DNA of 64,000 nt from an uncultured Alphaproteobacteria bacterium (GTDB taxonomy: Bacteria > Pseudomonadota > Alphaproteobacteria > SP197): positions 1,037,246 through 1,101,245 of the forward strand of contig OY282363.1 in assembly GCA_958295695.1 (NCBI GenBank), in the 5' to 3' direction. The notes under the pieces were generated by a model that saw only the letters and a list, made by a program, of their open reading frames with translations, did not search any database and was not told the origin of the DNA. Shown piece by piece: positions 1-10,293 of this stretch. Each line of letters opens with the position of its first letter. Position 1 is the first letter of the stretch. The translations under genes and the position numbers were made by a program.

Positions 1-2
1 GG

Positions 3-578
3 CTGGCCCGGTGCATCCTGGACCTCCAGGCCCGCGACGGCTTCGCGGGCCTCATGGACCCCTGGAAGACGATCGACGGCTACCTCGACGACGCCGGCGT
101 CTCCGACCCCGCCGGGCCCGAGGCCGTGGGCCCGTCGTGGACGGCCGCGGGAGCGCTGCGCGAGCGGACCCCGCTGCGCGAAACCGACGCCGTACCCGCG
201 CATGTCGATCCCGTGCCGGAGAACCTGATCGACACCGGCGACCGCATCGTCATGCTCGACTGGGAGTATTCGGCCCGCGGCCATCCGATGTGGGATCTGG
301 CCTACTTCGCCGCCGAGGCCGATCTCGCGCCCGAGGAAACGCACATGCTGCTCGAGCGCGCGGGGAAGGACCGGACGGCGGACGACTTCGACGCATGGTG
401 CGCGGTGGCCTGCCTGGTGTCGCTCGCCTGGTGCCTCGCGCGGCGGCGGAGGGCCGGGCCGGGCGCCGGGCGGTGGCGTGACGAGATCCCGCGCCGGCGC
501 GGGATGTGGGAGCGGCGCGTCTCGTCGCTCCTGGACATGCGAGGCGTTGCGTTTCGACCGGAAAGGCGCCGGCCATGA
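3..578 (+). CDS. Choline/ethanolamine kinase-like phosphotransferase (APH superfamily), 5'-partial at window edge
   Basis: Frame open from position 3; Brenner-type motif HVDPVPENL and choline-kinase motif LDWEYS..G...WDLA. Confidence 0.8.
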   Translation: MARCILDLQARDGFAGLMDPWKTIDGYLDDAGVSDPAGPEAVGPSWTAAGALRERTPLRETDAVPAHVDPVPENLIDTGDRIVMLDWEYSARGHPMWDLAYFAAEADLAPEETHMLLERAGKDRTADDFDAWCAVACLVSLAWCLARRRRAGPGAGRWRDEIPRRRGMWERRVSSLLDMRGVAFRPERRRP

Positions 579-1306
579 TCGACTGGACCGCCATCGGGGG
601 GCTTCTGTTCGACAAGGACGGGACGCTGATCGACTTCTTCGCGACCTGGACGCCGGCCTACCGCGAGGCGGCGGACATGCTCGCGGCCGCGCTCGCGACG
701 CCCGACATGGCCGACCGGTTGCTCCTGGCCGCGGGATACGACCGGCGGACCGGCAGGCTGGAGGCGGACTCGGCGCTCGCCGGCGGCACCAACCGCGAGC
801 TGATCGAGCTCTGGCGCGACGCGCTGGGCGCGAAGGCGCCCCCCGACCTTCCGGACCGGGTGCTGTCGATGTTCGCCCGGCACGCGACGCGGGATGTCGT
901 GGCGACGGCCGACATGGCGCCGTTGATGACGGCGTTGAGGCGGCGGGGGCTGGCTCTGGGCATGGCCACCAACGACGACACGCAGACCGCGCGCTGGACG
1001 GCCGAGCGCCTCGGAATCCGTGAACTGATGATTTTCGTCGCCGGAGCGGACGCGGGATACGGCGGCAAGCCGGGGCCGGGCATGGGTCTGGCCTTCTGCT
1101 CGGCGGCGGGTATCGCGCCCGACCGGGCCGCGATGGTCGGCGACTCCGCGGCCGACGCCCGCATGGCGAGGGCCGCGGGCTTCGGCGCCGCGATCGGCGT
1201 CCGCACCGGGGCCGCCTCGAGGGAGGAGCTCGGCTCCTGGTTCGACGCGGTGATCGACAGCGTCGCCGACCTTCCCGCCCTGCTGTCCGGCGCTGGCGCG
1301 TCCTGA
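575..1306 (+). CDS. HAD-family hydrolase (phosphoglycolate phosphatase-like)
   Basis: Motif I FDKDGTL, motif II ATND, GKP, MVGDS..D; ATGA overlap with upstream kinase. Confidence 0.85.
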   Translation: MIDWTAIGGLLFDKDGTLIDFFATWTPAYREAADMLAAALATPDMADRLLLAAGYDRRTGRLEADSALAGGTNRELIELWRDALGAKAPPDLPDRVLSMFARHATRDVVATADMAPLMTALRRRGLALGMATNDDTQTARWTAERLGIRELMIFVAGADAGYGGKPGPGMGLAFCSAAGIAPDRAAMVGDSAADARMARAAGFGAAIGVRTGAASREELGSWFDAVIDSVADLPALLSGAGAS

Positions 1307-1335
1307 CGCCCGCCCGGTCCGGGACCGCCCCGGTC

Positions 1336-1379
1336 CCCCTTCGATGCGCCCACCCGCGGCGGGCGCATCGGGGTAAGGG
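1336..1379. repeat. REP-like palindromic element
   Basis: CCCTTCGATGCGCCC...GGGCGCATCGGGGTAAGGG hairpin between convergent genes; related copies at 20285 and 20354. Confidence 0.45.
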
Positions 1380-1431
1380 AGAGGTTGGGCGGGAAACGGG
1401 AAACCGCGGCGGCGAGGCCGGACGCCCGGTC

Positions 1432-2709
1432 CTACTTCAGGCCCATGCCCGACAGGACGGCCTCAGCCGCCTTGCCGTCATAGAACGACTCGCAGTGGTC
1501 GGCGTCGCGTCGCGTCATCCACCGTTTCTCGTGGCCGGCCTTCGATTCCACGCTGTTGAAGACCCGCATGAAATGGCCCAGCGCCCAATCCTCGTCGCCG
1601 CCGATACGGCCTCCCTCCAAATCCTGTGGCGGGCCCAGGTCGACATGGAAATCCACCGGATGGTCGAAATCCCAATCTCCATCGGAGAAGGCGAGGCTGC
1701 TTTCGTCGAACGGTTCATAAGGCCCGGCGTCGGCGGCGCCCGCTTGCCGGATGTCGCAGAGAGACGTGGCGTGAACGTGGTTGATCACCGATTCGTACAG
1801 AGGAGCGAGGGGGATTGTCCCGGGCGCGACGCACCGGCCGTCGTCATGGCCCGAACCGGCGCAATCCGCGTGGCCGACGCAGGCCCTGGCGGCGTCGGCA
1901 TCGCAATAGCCCTCCGAATACGCGCGGCGTCCGCAGCCGGCGTTGATGTCCCAGAGCGGCGGGCCGCCGATGAACAGTTGGTAATCCACCGCGTCATCCA
2001 GGCCGTGCCAGTAGACCGCGCCGAACGTCGCCTGCGCTCCCATGCTGCACCCCACCGTTCCGAAGCCGCCGGATCCCGCCAGATTCTCATGGACCCAGGC
2101 GATCGCGCCGGCGACGCGCTCGTTGAGCCGCCATACCCGGGTGGCGTCCGGCGACGTCCGCGTGAACCATCCCCACTCCGCCGTTTGGGGAGCGGAACCG
2201 GCCGTGTAACCGGCGTCCCAGCGCAGCATCACGGTTCCGGCGTCGGAGGCTTCCTCGATCCCTTCCGCCGTGCGTCTCCCCGTGTACATGGTCCCGCCAA
2301 TGCCGGAGTGGAGCAGAACCGTTCCCCCGCCCCGCCGCCCCGCGGTGAAGGACAGGTGCCCGCCCATGGAATCGACCACGAAGGCCAGCGCCTGTCTCGG
2401 CGCGTCGCCGTCCATCAGCGCCTCGCCGCGCGAGGAATAGGACGGCGCCCGGCATTGCGTCCAATCGGCGCATGGTTCCCGGCACCGGTAGGTCATCCAA
2501 TAGTCGCCGCGGTCGTCCGGTTCCGAGGTCTCGATCTCGAACGCCGAGGACGGGTTCCGGGGATCGGGCGCCCGGCAGATTTCCACGTTGTCCGCCAACT
2601 CGGGAATGCGGTCGGAACCCGCGAGGACGCCGTCCGCCCCGACGGCTGCCAACAGGACGGCCGGCAACGCTGCGAGGCCGCGGCGGATTCGCCGGATATC
2701 GGGTGTCAT
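1432..2709 (-). CDS. Secreted Cys-rich alpha/beta-hydrolase-fold protein with CS-D-HC motif
   Basis: Basic then hydrophobic signal peptide; TVLLHSGIGG, GCSMG nucleophile elbow, GDED, C-terminal DHC. Confidence 0.65.
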   Translation of the reverse strand: MTPDIRRIRRGLAALPAVLLAAVGADGVLAGSDRIPELADNVEICRAPDPRNPSSAFEIETSEPDDRGDYWMTYRCREPCADWTQCRAPSYSSRGEALMDGDAPRQALAFVVDSMGGHLSFTAGRRGGGTVLLHSGIGGTMYTGRRTAEGIEEASDAGTVMLRWDAGYTAGSAPQTAEWGWFTRTSPDATRVWRLNERVAGAIAWVHENLAGSGGFGTVGCSMGAQATFGAVYWHGLDDAVDYQLFIGGPPLWDINAGCGRRAYSEGYCDADAARACVGHADCAGSGHDDGRCVAPGTIPLAPLYESVINHVHATSLCDIRQAGAADAGPYEPFDESSLAFSDGDWDFDHPVDFHVDLGPPQDLEGGRIGGDEDWALGHFMRVFNSVESKAGHEKRWMTRRDADHCESFYDGKAAEAVLSGMGLK

Positions 2710-2824
2710 CGCAAGGCGTCCTCCAAGATCGCGATCGGTGGGGAACGGACATGACGTTCGCGGAGACGGCATCGTGCCCTGGGCGGCGGCCCGGCGCAAT
2801 GTCCCGGGACCGGCGGCCTCGCGC

Positions 2825-4669
2825 TCACAGCCGGTACAGCGCGATCTCCCGTTCCCGGCCGCGGATCGGCCGCGCGCCGGCCCCGGTCGGGCGGATGGCG
2901 TCCCCGGCCGCGGTGGCCGTCGCGCCGCTGAGCACGATCGCCACGTCCATCTCGTCGGACGCCACTTCCTTGGCGAGCTGCTCGAGCCGGTTGGCCGCGT
3001 TCACCGTGTCCCCCACGATCGTGTAGTTGATCCGGCCGGGCGCGCCGATGTTGCCGACGACGACCGGCCCGGTGTGGATGCCGATCCGTACGCGGATCGG
3101 AGCGGCCCCTTCCGCGCGCCTCCGGGCGTTGTCGGCGGCGACCGCGGCGCGCATGGCGAGAGCCGCCCGGCAGGCGCGCGGGGCGTGGTCGGGCGTCTCC
3201 TCCGGCGCGCCCCAGAACGCCATCACCGCGTCGCCGATGAACTTGTCGATGGTGCCGCCCTCGGCGTCCACGCAGCCGGCCAGCATCGCGAAGTGGTCGT
3301 TGAGGAAACGGGCGGTCGCCTCCGCGCTCATCGCCTCCGACTGGCGCGTGAAGCCCGCGATGTCGGTGAACATCACCGTCGCCTCGCGGCTGACCGAGCG
3401 CGAATCGGCGCCCTCGCCCTGCCTGACCAGCCGATGGACAAGGGCGCGCGGCACATAGGTCTCGAACCAGCGCAGCCCGACCACCATCGCGTTGAACGCC
3501 CGGTCCGCCGCCGTCACTTCCCTGAAGAGGCTGCCCGGCAGGGGCCGCACCCGGTCCAGCGCGAGGCCGCGCACCTGCTCGGCCGCGGCGGCGAGCCGGT
3601 CGAACGGCGTGCCGAGGGCCCGCGCCATGGCCCAGGCCGCGGCCAGCGACAGCAACAGCACGACGCCGCCCGCCTTCGCCGCCCAGCGCAGGCGGTCCAA
3701 CTCGTCGGTCAGCGTGGCGGCCGGGAAATGCACGCCCACCAGCCACGGCCGGTCGCCGTAGCGGCGCACGGTCCGGGAGAGCAGCGCGACCTCTTCGCCC
3801 CCGGTCTCGACGATCCGGATGCCCGTTCGCGCCTCGAGGTCGGTGACGGCGTGACCGCGCAGGGCCGCCGCGACGACGGGATCGCCGAGCCGGGCCGCGA
3901 TCGGCAGGGGATTGGCGGCGTCGAGCGCGAACGCGCCGTCGATGAGATCCGGATGGGCGAGCACGAGATCCCCGCCGTAGAGCACGAAGGCGCCGCCGCC
4001 CAGCGCCTTCGCCGTGTCCTCCAGCAACGTCGAGAGGGTGTTCACGCGGACCCCGGCGGCGAGCGCGCCGATGTAGCGGCCCTCCCGGCGCACCGGGTAG
4101 CGCACGTTCAGCAGCGTTCCGACCTCCGCCGAGGGATAGACCGCCTCGCCCCAGGATAGCCCGGGCGCGGCGCGCATGGACTCCGCGATGGACAGGTTCA
4201 CCGGGTTGTCGCTCACGTCGACAACGTCGACGGTCACGCCGTCCGGGCGGCGAAGCGCGGACACCATGCGTGCGTCGGGGCGTATCAGGACCACGGCGTA
4301 GACCTGCGGCGTCGCCGCCAGCGCGCCGGCGAGCGACCGGCCGACCTCGTCGTCGTCCGAGCCGTCGATCTCGCCGCTCTCGAGCCGGCGTCCGAGGTGC
4401 AGGATCTGGTCTTCCGCCGGCTTCAGATACTGCTCGATGCGCGCCAGGGTCAGCCCGACCGTCGCTTCCGATTTGTCGCGCAGCAGGTCGAACGTGTTCT
4501 GGCGCGCGCTCCACAGCCCGACCGCGAGCACGGCGACGATGGCGAGCAGGACCAGCCCGCCGAAGCCGATCAGGAGGCCGCGCGAGATCCCGATCTGGAA
4601 ACGCGCGCCGCCCGCCGCGGTCCCGGCGGAGGCCGACAGATCCTGTCGATCCTGCGATGTCGCGTTCAT
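2825..4669 (-). CDS. Membrane-bound class III adenylate/guanylate cyclase (Cache-like sensor + HAMP)
   Basis: [49 protein letters not shown]; two TM segments. Confidence 0.9.
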   Translation of the reverse strand: MNATSQDRQDLSASAGTAAGGARFQIGISRGLLIGFGGLVLLAIVAVLAVGLWSARQNTFDLLRDKSEATVGLTLARIEQYLKPAEDQILHLGRRLESGEIDGSDDDEVGRSLAGALAATPQVYAVVLIRPDARMVSALRRPDGVTVDVVDVSDNPVNLSIAESMRAAPGLSWGEAVYPSAEVGTLLNVRYPVRREGRYIGALAAGVRVNTLSTLLEDTAKALGGGAFVLYGGDLVLAHPDLIDGAFALDAANPLPIAARLGDPVVAAALRGHAVTDLEARTGIRIVETGGEEVALLSRTVRRYGDRPWLVGVHFPAATLTDELDRLRWAAKAGGVVLLLSLAAAWAMARALGTPFDRLAAAAEQVRGLALDRVRPLPGSLFREVTAADRAFNAMVVGLRWFETYVPRALVHRLVRQGEGADSRSVSREATVMFTDIAGFTRQSEAMSAEATARFLNDHFAMLAGCVDAEGGTIDKFIGDAVMAFWGAPEETPDHAPRACRAALAMRAAVAADNARRRAEGAAPIRVRIGIHTGPVVVGNIGAPGRINYTIVGDTVNAANRLEQLAKEVASDEMDVAIVLSGATATAAGDAIRPTGAGARPIRGREREIALYRL

Positions 4670-4967
4670 GGCGGCGCCCGATCCCTGCCCGGCGGTGGGC
4701 AGGTCGTGGATGGAACCCGAAACCCTTATAGCGTTTCCGCCTCGGACGGAATCGCCATGGCCTGCCTGTCGCTTGCGGCAAGCGGCCCCGGAGCGGTTCC
4801 GGCCTATCGTCGGGGCGCGCGCTCCGGTCCCGATGGCGGGCTTCCTCGACGCCGGTCGGCGCCGCCGCTCCGGGCGGCGACGCCTTGCGCCTCCCCGGCT
4901 TGAATTCGGCCGCGCGCGCCGTCACGATGCGGCTCGTCCATCGTCCTTCAGTCCGGGGGGAAACGCC

Positions 4968-6077
<1,110 letters not shown>

Positions 6078-6079
6078 CC

Positions 6080-6964
6080 GTGGCGGCGATCGAAACCGTC
6101 TCGGAGAACCGCTGCCACGGTGGAATCCAAGGCGTCTACAGCCACCTGTCGGCCGAGATCGGCCTCCCGATGCGCTTCGCCGTCTACACGCCGCCCGCGG
6201 CGAGGAACGGCAAGGCGCCGGTGCTGTTCTACCTTTCGGGCCTGACCTGCACGGAAGAGAACTTCACCGTCAAGGCCGGCGCCCAGCGTCTGGCCGCAGA
6301 GCACGGTTTCTTCGTGGTGGCTCCCGACACGAGCCCCCGCGACACCGGGATCGCGGGCGAGGACGACGACTGGGCCTTCGGGACCGGCGCGGGCTTCTAC
6401 CTCGACGCCACGGCCGAACCCTGGTCGCGCCACTACCGGATGGAAAGCTACGTCGCGAAGGAGCTTCCCGGCGTCGTCTTCGGCGCGTTCGCCGCCGACG
6501 AGGAACGGATGGGCGTGTTCGGGCATTCCATGGGCGGCCACGGCGCCCTTTCGCTGGCGCTGAAGAACCCCGGACTGTTCCGCTCCGTCTCGGCCTTCGC
6601 GCCGATGAACTCGCTGATGGGCTGCGAACCGGGCGTCGCCGCGCTGACCGGCTATCTGGGCGAGGACCGGGAGGCGTGGCGGCGTCACGACGTGGTGGAC
6701 CTGATCGAATCGGGCCACCGCTGTCCGACCATCCTGGTCGACCAGGGCGCGGACGACGAGTTCCTGCCCAACCTGCTGCCGGACAGGCTCCGGGCGGCAT
6801 GCGAGGCCGCGGGCCAGCCGCTCACGCTCAACATGCGCGAGGGCTACGACCACAGCTATTGGTTCGTGCAGAGCTTCATGGCGGACCATTTCGCCCACCA
6901 CGCCGAGGCCCTTCGCGCCCGATCCGCCCGGGACCGCTCCGGCCCGCCGTCGTCAAGCCCTTGA
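6080..6964 (+). CDS. fghA: S-formylglutathione hydrolase
   Basis: LSGLTCTEENF, APDTSPR, GHSMGGHG, GYDHSY; directly downstream of frmA. Confidence 0.95.
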   Translation: MAAIETVSENRCHGGIQGVYSHLSAEIGLPMRFAVYTPPAARNGKAPVLFYLSGLTCTEENFTVKAGAQRLAAEHGFFVVAPDTSPRDTGIAGEDDDWAFGTGAGFYLDATAEPWSRHYRMESYVAKELPGVVFGAFAADEERMGVFGHSMGGHGALSLALKNPGLFRSVSAFAPMNSLMGCEPGVAALTGYLGEDREAWRRHDVVDLIESGHRCPTILVDQGADDEFLPNLLPDRLRAACEAAGQPLTLNMREGYDHSYWFVQSFMADHFAHHAEALRARSARDRSGPPSSSP

Positions 6965-6987
6965 AAAAGGGAGACAATCCACCATAT
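6960..6987 (+). promoter_or_regulatory. RpoH (sigma32)-type promoter of hsp20
   Basis: CTTG-N18-CCATAT about 110 nt upstream of a small heat-shock gene. Confidence 0.65.
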
Positions 6988-6992
6988 CGATG

Positions 6993-7102
6993 ACGCCGGC
7001 GCCGTTCGGACCGGCGCGACGACGGTCCACGCGCGGGCCTTCCAGGCCGCGCGTTTCCCCGCCGTCCCCGTCCGCTCGCTCGAGAAGAGGAGTCGCGACA
7101 TG
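6993..7102 (+). promoter_or_regulatory. Putative ROSE-like RNA thermometer (hsp20 5' UTR)
   Basis: Several hairpins, then TCGCT facing the GAGGAG Shine-Dalgarno sequence. Confidence 0.45.
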
Positions 7103-7564
7103 ACCCGCCTTTCCGTCTTCGACAGCCCGCTGCTGCTCGGCTTCGACCGCGTGGAGCGCATGCTCGACCGCATCGCCAAGGCGTCGGACGACGGCTATCC
7201 GCCCTACAACATCGAGCAAACCGGCGAGCAGGGCCTGCGCATCACGCTGGCCGTCGCCGGGTTCTCGATGGACGAGTTGTCGGTGACCGTCGAGGACAAC
7301 CAGCTCGTCGTCCGCGGCAAGCAGGTCGATCACGAGGACGGTCGCGTCTATCTCCACCGCGGCATCGCCGCGCGCCGGTTCGTGAAGACGTTCCTGCTGG
7401 CCGAAGGCGTCGAGGCGGTCGACGCCACGCTCGCAGGCGGCCTGCTGCATGTCGATCTGGAACGCCCCGCGCCCGAGACGCGCCGGCGCACGATCCGGAT
7501 CAAGCAGGACGCCCGGGACCGGGACCCGGAACGCATCGTCGAGGGCCGGGCCGAGCGGGCATGA
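7100..7564 (+). CDS. Small heat shock protein Hsp20 (IbpA-like)
   Basis: GFDR, GYPPYNIE, LAVAGF, YLHRGIAAR.F. Confidence 0.93.
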   Translation: MTRLSVFDSPLLLGFDRVERMLDRIAKASDDGYPPYNIEQTGEQGLRITLAVAGFSMDELSVTVEDNQLVVRGKQVDHEDGRVYLHRGIAARRFVKTFLLAEGVEAVDATLAGGLLHVDLERPAPETRRRTIRIKQDARDRDPERIVEGRAERA

Positions 7565-7606
7565 CCGCCGCGGAGCCCGCCGCCCGGAGGTGAAGGAGGA
7601 AGACCG

Positions 7607-7837
7607 ATGCACGAGAACGACAGGACGGCCGCGCGCCCCGCCGAGGGGCTCGGCATGGAAGCGTTCGCCGCCCTGGGCGCGCCGAACCTGGCCTTCGTCG
7701 GCCCGGTCGAGACCGAGCGGGGCCGCGCCTTCGGAATCCATGCCGCCGACGGCAAGCTGCTCGCCGTCGCGGCCTCGCGCGAGTTGGCCTTCGCCGCCGC
7801 GCGCCAGCACGACCTGGAGCCGGTCGGCGTCCATTGA
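7607..7837 (+). CDS. DUF1150-family protein
   Basis: FAALG...AFV.PV, IHAADG, REL AFAAARQHDLEPV.VH; usual neighbour of hsp20; strong AAGGAGG RBS. Confidence 0.8.
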   Translation: MHENDRTAARPAEGLGMEAFAALGAPNLAFVGPVETERGRAFGIHAADGKLLAVAASRELAFAAARQHDLEPVGVH

Positions 7838-7976
7838 CCGGAGCGGGCTCGTCCGGTCCCTTGCGCCCGTCCCGGCCGCCGCGCGGTCGCACGGGGGCGG
7901 CAGGGAAGATGTGACTTCGTGGCGCGATCCCCATAGTCTGGAGCGGTGCCCGCGGCCTTCCGGGGAGGCGCCTTCC

Positions 7977-9548
7977 ATGACTGCAAACGCTACGAAACGT
8001 CAGTTCCTCCGGTCCGTCGGCGGGGCGGCCGGAGCCGCCGCCGTCTACCGCGCCATGGACGCGCTCGGAATGCTGGGACCGGGCGAGGCGCAGGCGTCCG
8101 CGCTCGACCTGCCGCCGGGATCGGGCGCCGGGAAGAGCGTCGTCGTCCTGGGCGCCGGCGTCTCCGGCATGGCCGCCGCGTACGAACTGTCGAAGGCCGG
8201 CTACGGCTGCACGGTCCTGGAAGCGACCGCTCGCGCCGGGGGGCGCAACCTGACGGCGCGCGCAGGGGACGCGATCGAGGAGACCGACAGCCGTCAAACG
8301 GTCTGCTACGACGACGCGGACCATCTCTACGCCAATCTCGGTCCGGCCCGCATCCCCTATCATCACCGAACCGTCCTCGGCTATTGCCGGGAGTTCGGAG
8401 TCGACCTCGAGGTCTTCACCAACGACAACCGCGCCGCCCTGTTCCACAACGAGGGCCGCTTCGGCGGCCGGCCGGTGGCGGCCCGGCGCGTCATGACGGA
8501 TCTGCGTGGCTACATCGCCGAATTGCTCGCCAAGGCGGTGAACCGCGAGGCTCTCGACGACGTGCTGGGCGCCGAGGACAAGGAGCGGATCCTCGACATG
8601 CTCGTGCGTTTCGGCGCGCTGGAGGAGAAGGATCTTCTTTACAAGGGCTCGAACCGCGGCGGCTACCGGGACGCGCCCAACGCGGGCCTCCTGGCCGGGG
8701 AGGCGAACGATCCCCTGGACTTCGGCGAGCTGCTGCGAGCCGACTTCTGGCGCTACAAGCTCCACTTCAGCCACTTCCTGAACCAGAACCCGACCCTGTT
8801 CCAGCCTGTCGGCGGAATGGACGCCATCCCCCGGGCGTTCGAGGCGCGCGTCGGGCGTTCGATCCGATACTCCAGCCCGGTCAGGGAGATCCGGAAAACC
8901 AGCGGCGGCGTCCGCGTCGTCCATGCGGACGGGCCGGGCGGCGACCTGAAGGCCGTCGAGGCGGACTTCGCGGTCTGCGCCGTCCCCGCCACGGTTCTCA
9001 AGGACATTCCCAACGACTTCTCGCCCGAGACGCGGGCCGCGATCGAAGGGGTGGAGTTCGTCGAAGCGGTCAAGGTCGGCTTCCAGGCCCGACGGCGTTT
9101 CTGGGAGGAAGACGCGGCCATCTACGGCGGCATCTCATGGACCGACCGGGACATCACGCAGATCTGGTATCCGTCCCAAGGCTATCACCGCGCCAAGGGC
9201 GTCGTGATGGGCGCGTACATCTGGGACAAGGAACCCGGCCTGCGTTTCACGGCCATGTCCCCGGCCGACCGTCTCGATGCGGCGGTCGCCGAGGGCGAGC
9301 GACTCCACCCCGGATACGGGAAGGAGATGGAGTGCGGGGTCAGCCGGGCGTGGCTCAAGGCGCCGTTCCAGAAAGGGGGCTGGCCGCGGGGATACGAGCC
9401 GCCGGAGGCGCTTCGCAGGCCCGACGGGGCGATCCATTTCGCCGGGGACCAGGTCACGGCCCTGCCCGGGTGGCAGGAGGGCGCCGTCCTCGCCGCCCAC
9501 GCGGCGGTGGACGCCATCCACCGGCGGGCCGCGGGTTCCGGGGGCTGA
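7977..9548 (+). CDS. Flavin monoamine oxidase / L-amino-acid oxidase family, Tat-type signal peptide
   Basis: TKRQFL leader, VLGAGVSG, EA..RAGGR, GPARIP, FAGD, WQEGA. Confidence 0.9.
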   Translation: MTANATKRQFLRSVGGAAGAAAVYRAMDALGMLGPGEAQASALDLPPGSGAGKSVVVLGAGVSGMAAAYELSKAGYGCTVLEATARAGGRNLTARAGDAIEETDSRQTVCYDDADHLYANLGPARIPYHHRTVLGYCREFGVDLEVFTNDNRAALFHNEGRFGGRPVAARRVMTDLRGYIAELLAKAVNREALDDVLGAEDKERILDMLVRFGALEEKDLLYKGSNRGGYRDAPNAGLLAGEANDPLDFGELLRADFWRYKLHFSHFLNQNPTLFQPVGGMDAIPRAFEARVGRSIRYSSPVREIRKTSGGVRVVHADGPGGDLKAVEADFAVCAVPATVLKDIPNDFSPETRAAIEGVEFVEAVKVGFQARRRFWEEDAAIYGGISWTDRDITQIWYPSQGYHRAKGVVMGAYIWDKEPGLRFTAMSPADRLDAAVAEGERLHPGYGKEMECGVSRAWLKAPFQKGGWPRGYEPPEALRRPDGAIHFAGDQVTALPGWQEGAVLAAHAAVDAIHRRAAGSGG

Positions 9549-9682
9549 AACCGCGCCCCGCCCCGGGTGGGGCGGATTGTCCCGGAGGCGCGGCCGTCGG
9601 CTCGTGGAGCAGGCGACGACCGACAGCCCAGACCGTCGCTCCCCGCATTCCAAAGACGACGGGAAGGACCTATAGTACGGCC

Positions 9683-10150
9683 ATGACGCGGACGGCGACC
9701 ATCGTTTACGACACCCATGCGGCGGTGCGCAGGCTGGCGGAAACGGGTATGCCCGAGCGTCAGGCCGAGGGCGTGGTGCGCGAGCAGGCGCTTCTGCTCG
9801 AGCACAACCTCGCGACGAAGGCCGACATCGAGGGCCTGCGCCAGGGAACCCAAGCCGATATCGAAGTCCTGCGTCAGGAAACCAAGGCCGACATCGATGC
9901 CCTGCGCCAGGAGACCAAGGCGAACATCGATGCCCTGCGCCAGGAGACCAAGGCGAACATCGAAATCCTGCGCCAGGAGACCAAGACGAACATCGAAATC
10001 CTGCGCCAGGGAACCAAGGCCGATATCGAAGTCCTGCGCCAGGAGACCAAGACGAACATCGAAGCCGCGAAGAACAGCCTCGTGATGTGGATGGTCGGCG
10101 TGGGCCTCGGTGTCGCGGCCCTGGTCATCGCCGCTTCCGAACTGCTGTAA
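9683..10150 (+). CDS. DUF1640/CCDC90-like coiled-coil protein with C-terminal TM helix
   Basis: YDTHAAVRRL..GMPERQAE, LATKADI, 11-aa repeats, hydrophobic C-terminus. Confidence 0.8.
   Translation: MTRTATIVYDTHAAVRRLAETGMPERQAEGVVREQALLLEHNLATKADIEGLRQGTQADIEVLRQETKADIDALRQETKANIDALRQETKANIEILRQETKTNIEILRQGTKADIEVLRQETKTNIEAAKNSLVMWMVGVGLGVAALVIAASELL
9818..10063 (+). repeat. Intragenic 33-bp tandem repeat (7 full units + 1 partial)
   Basis: Consensus aag gcc gac atc gaa gtc ctg cgc cag gag acc starting at 9818, 9851, 9884, 9917, 9950, 9983, 10016 and 10049. Confidence 0.95.
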
Positions 10151-10293
10151 CCGCGTGGACAGTTCCGCGCGGCGGCGAGGTCCTTCCGGACCCTTGCGCC
10201 CGCTCCGGCGGGGGCGGATAGTCCGCGCCCTGTGCGGAGAGTCGAGGCGGCGTTGGGTTCTTTCCGGCTTCGTGAAAGCGTCGGTCGCGCCCG

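Noticed and set aside
9818..10063. 33-bp repeats as a CRISPR array
   Set aside because: No unique spacers; in-frame coding repeats; no cas genes
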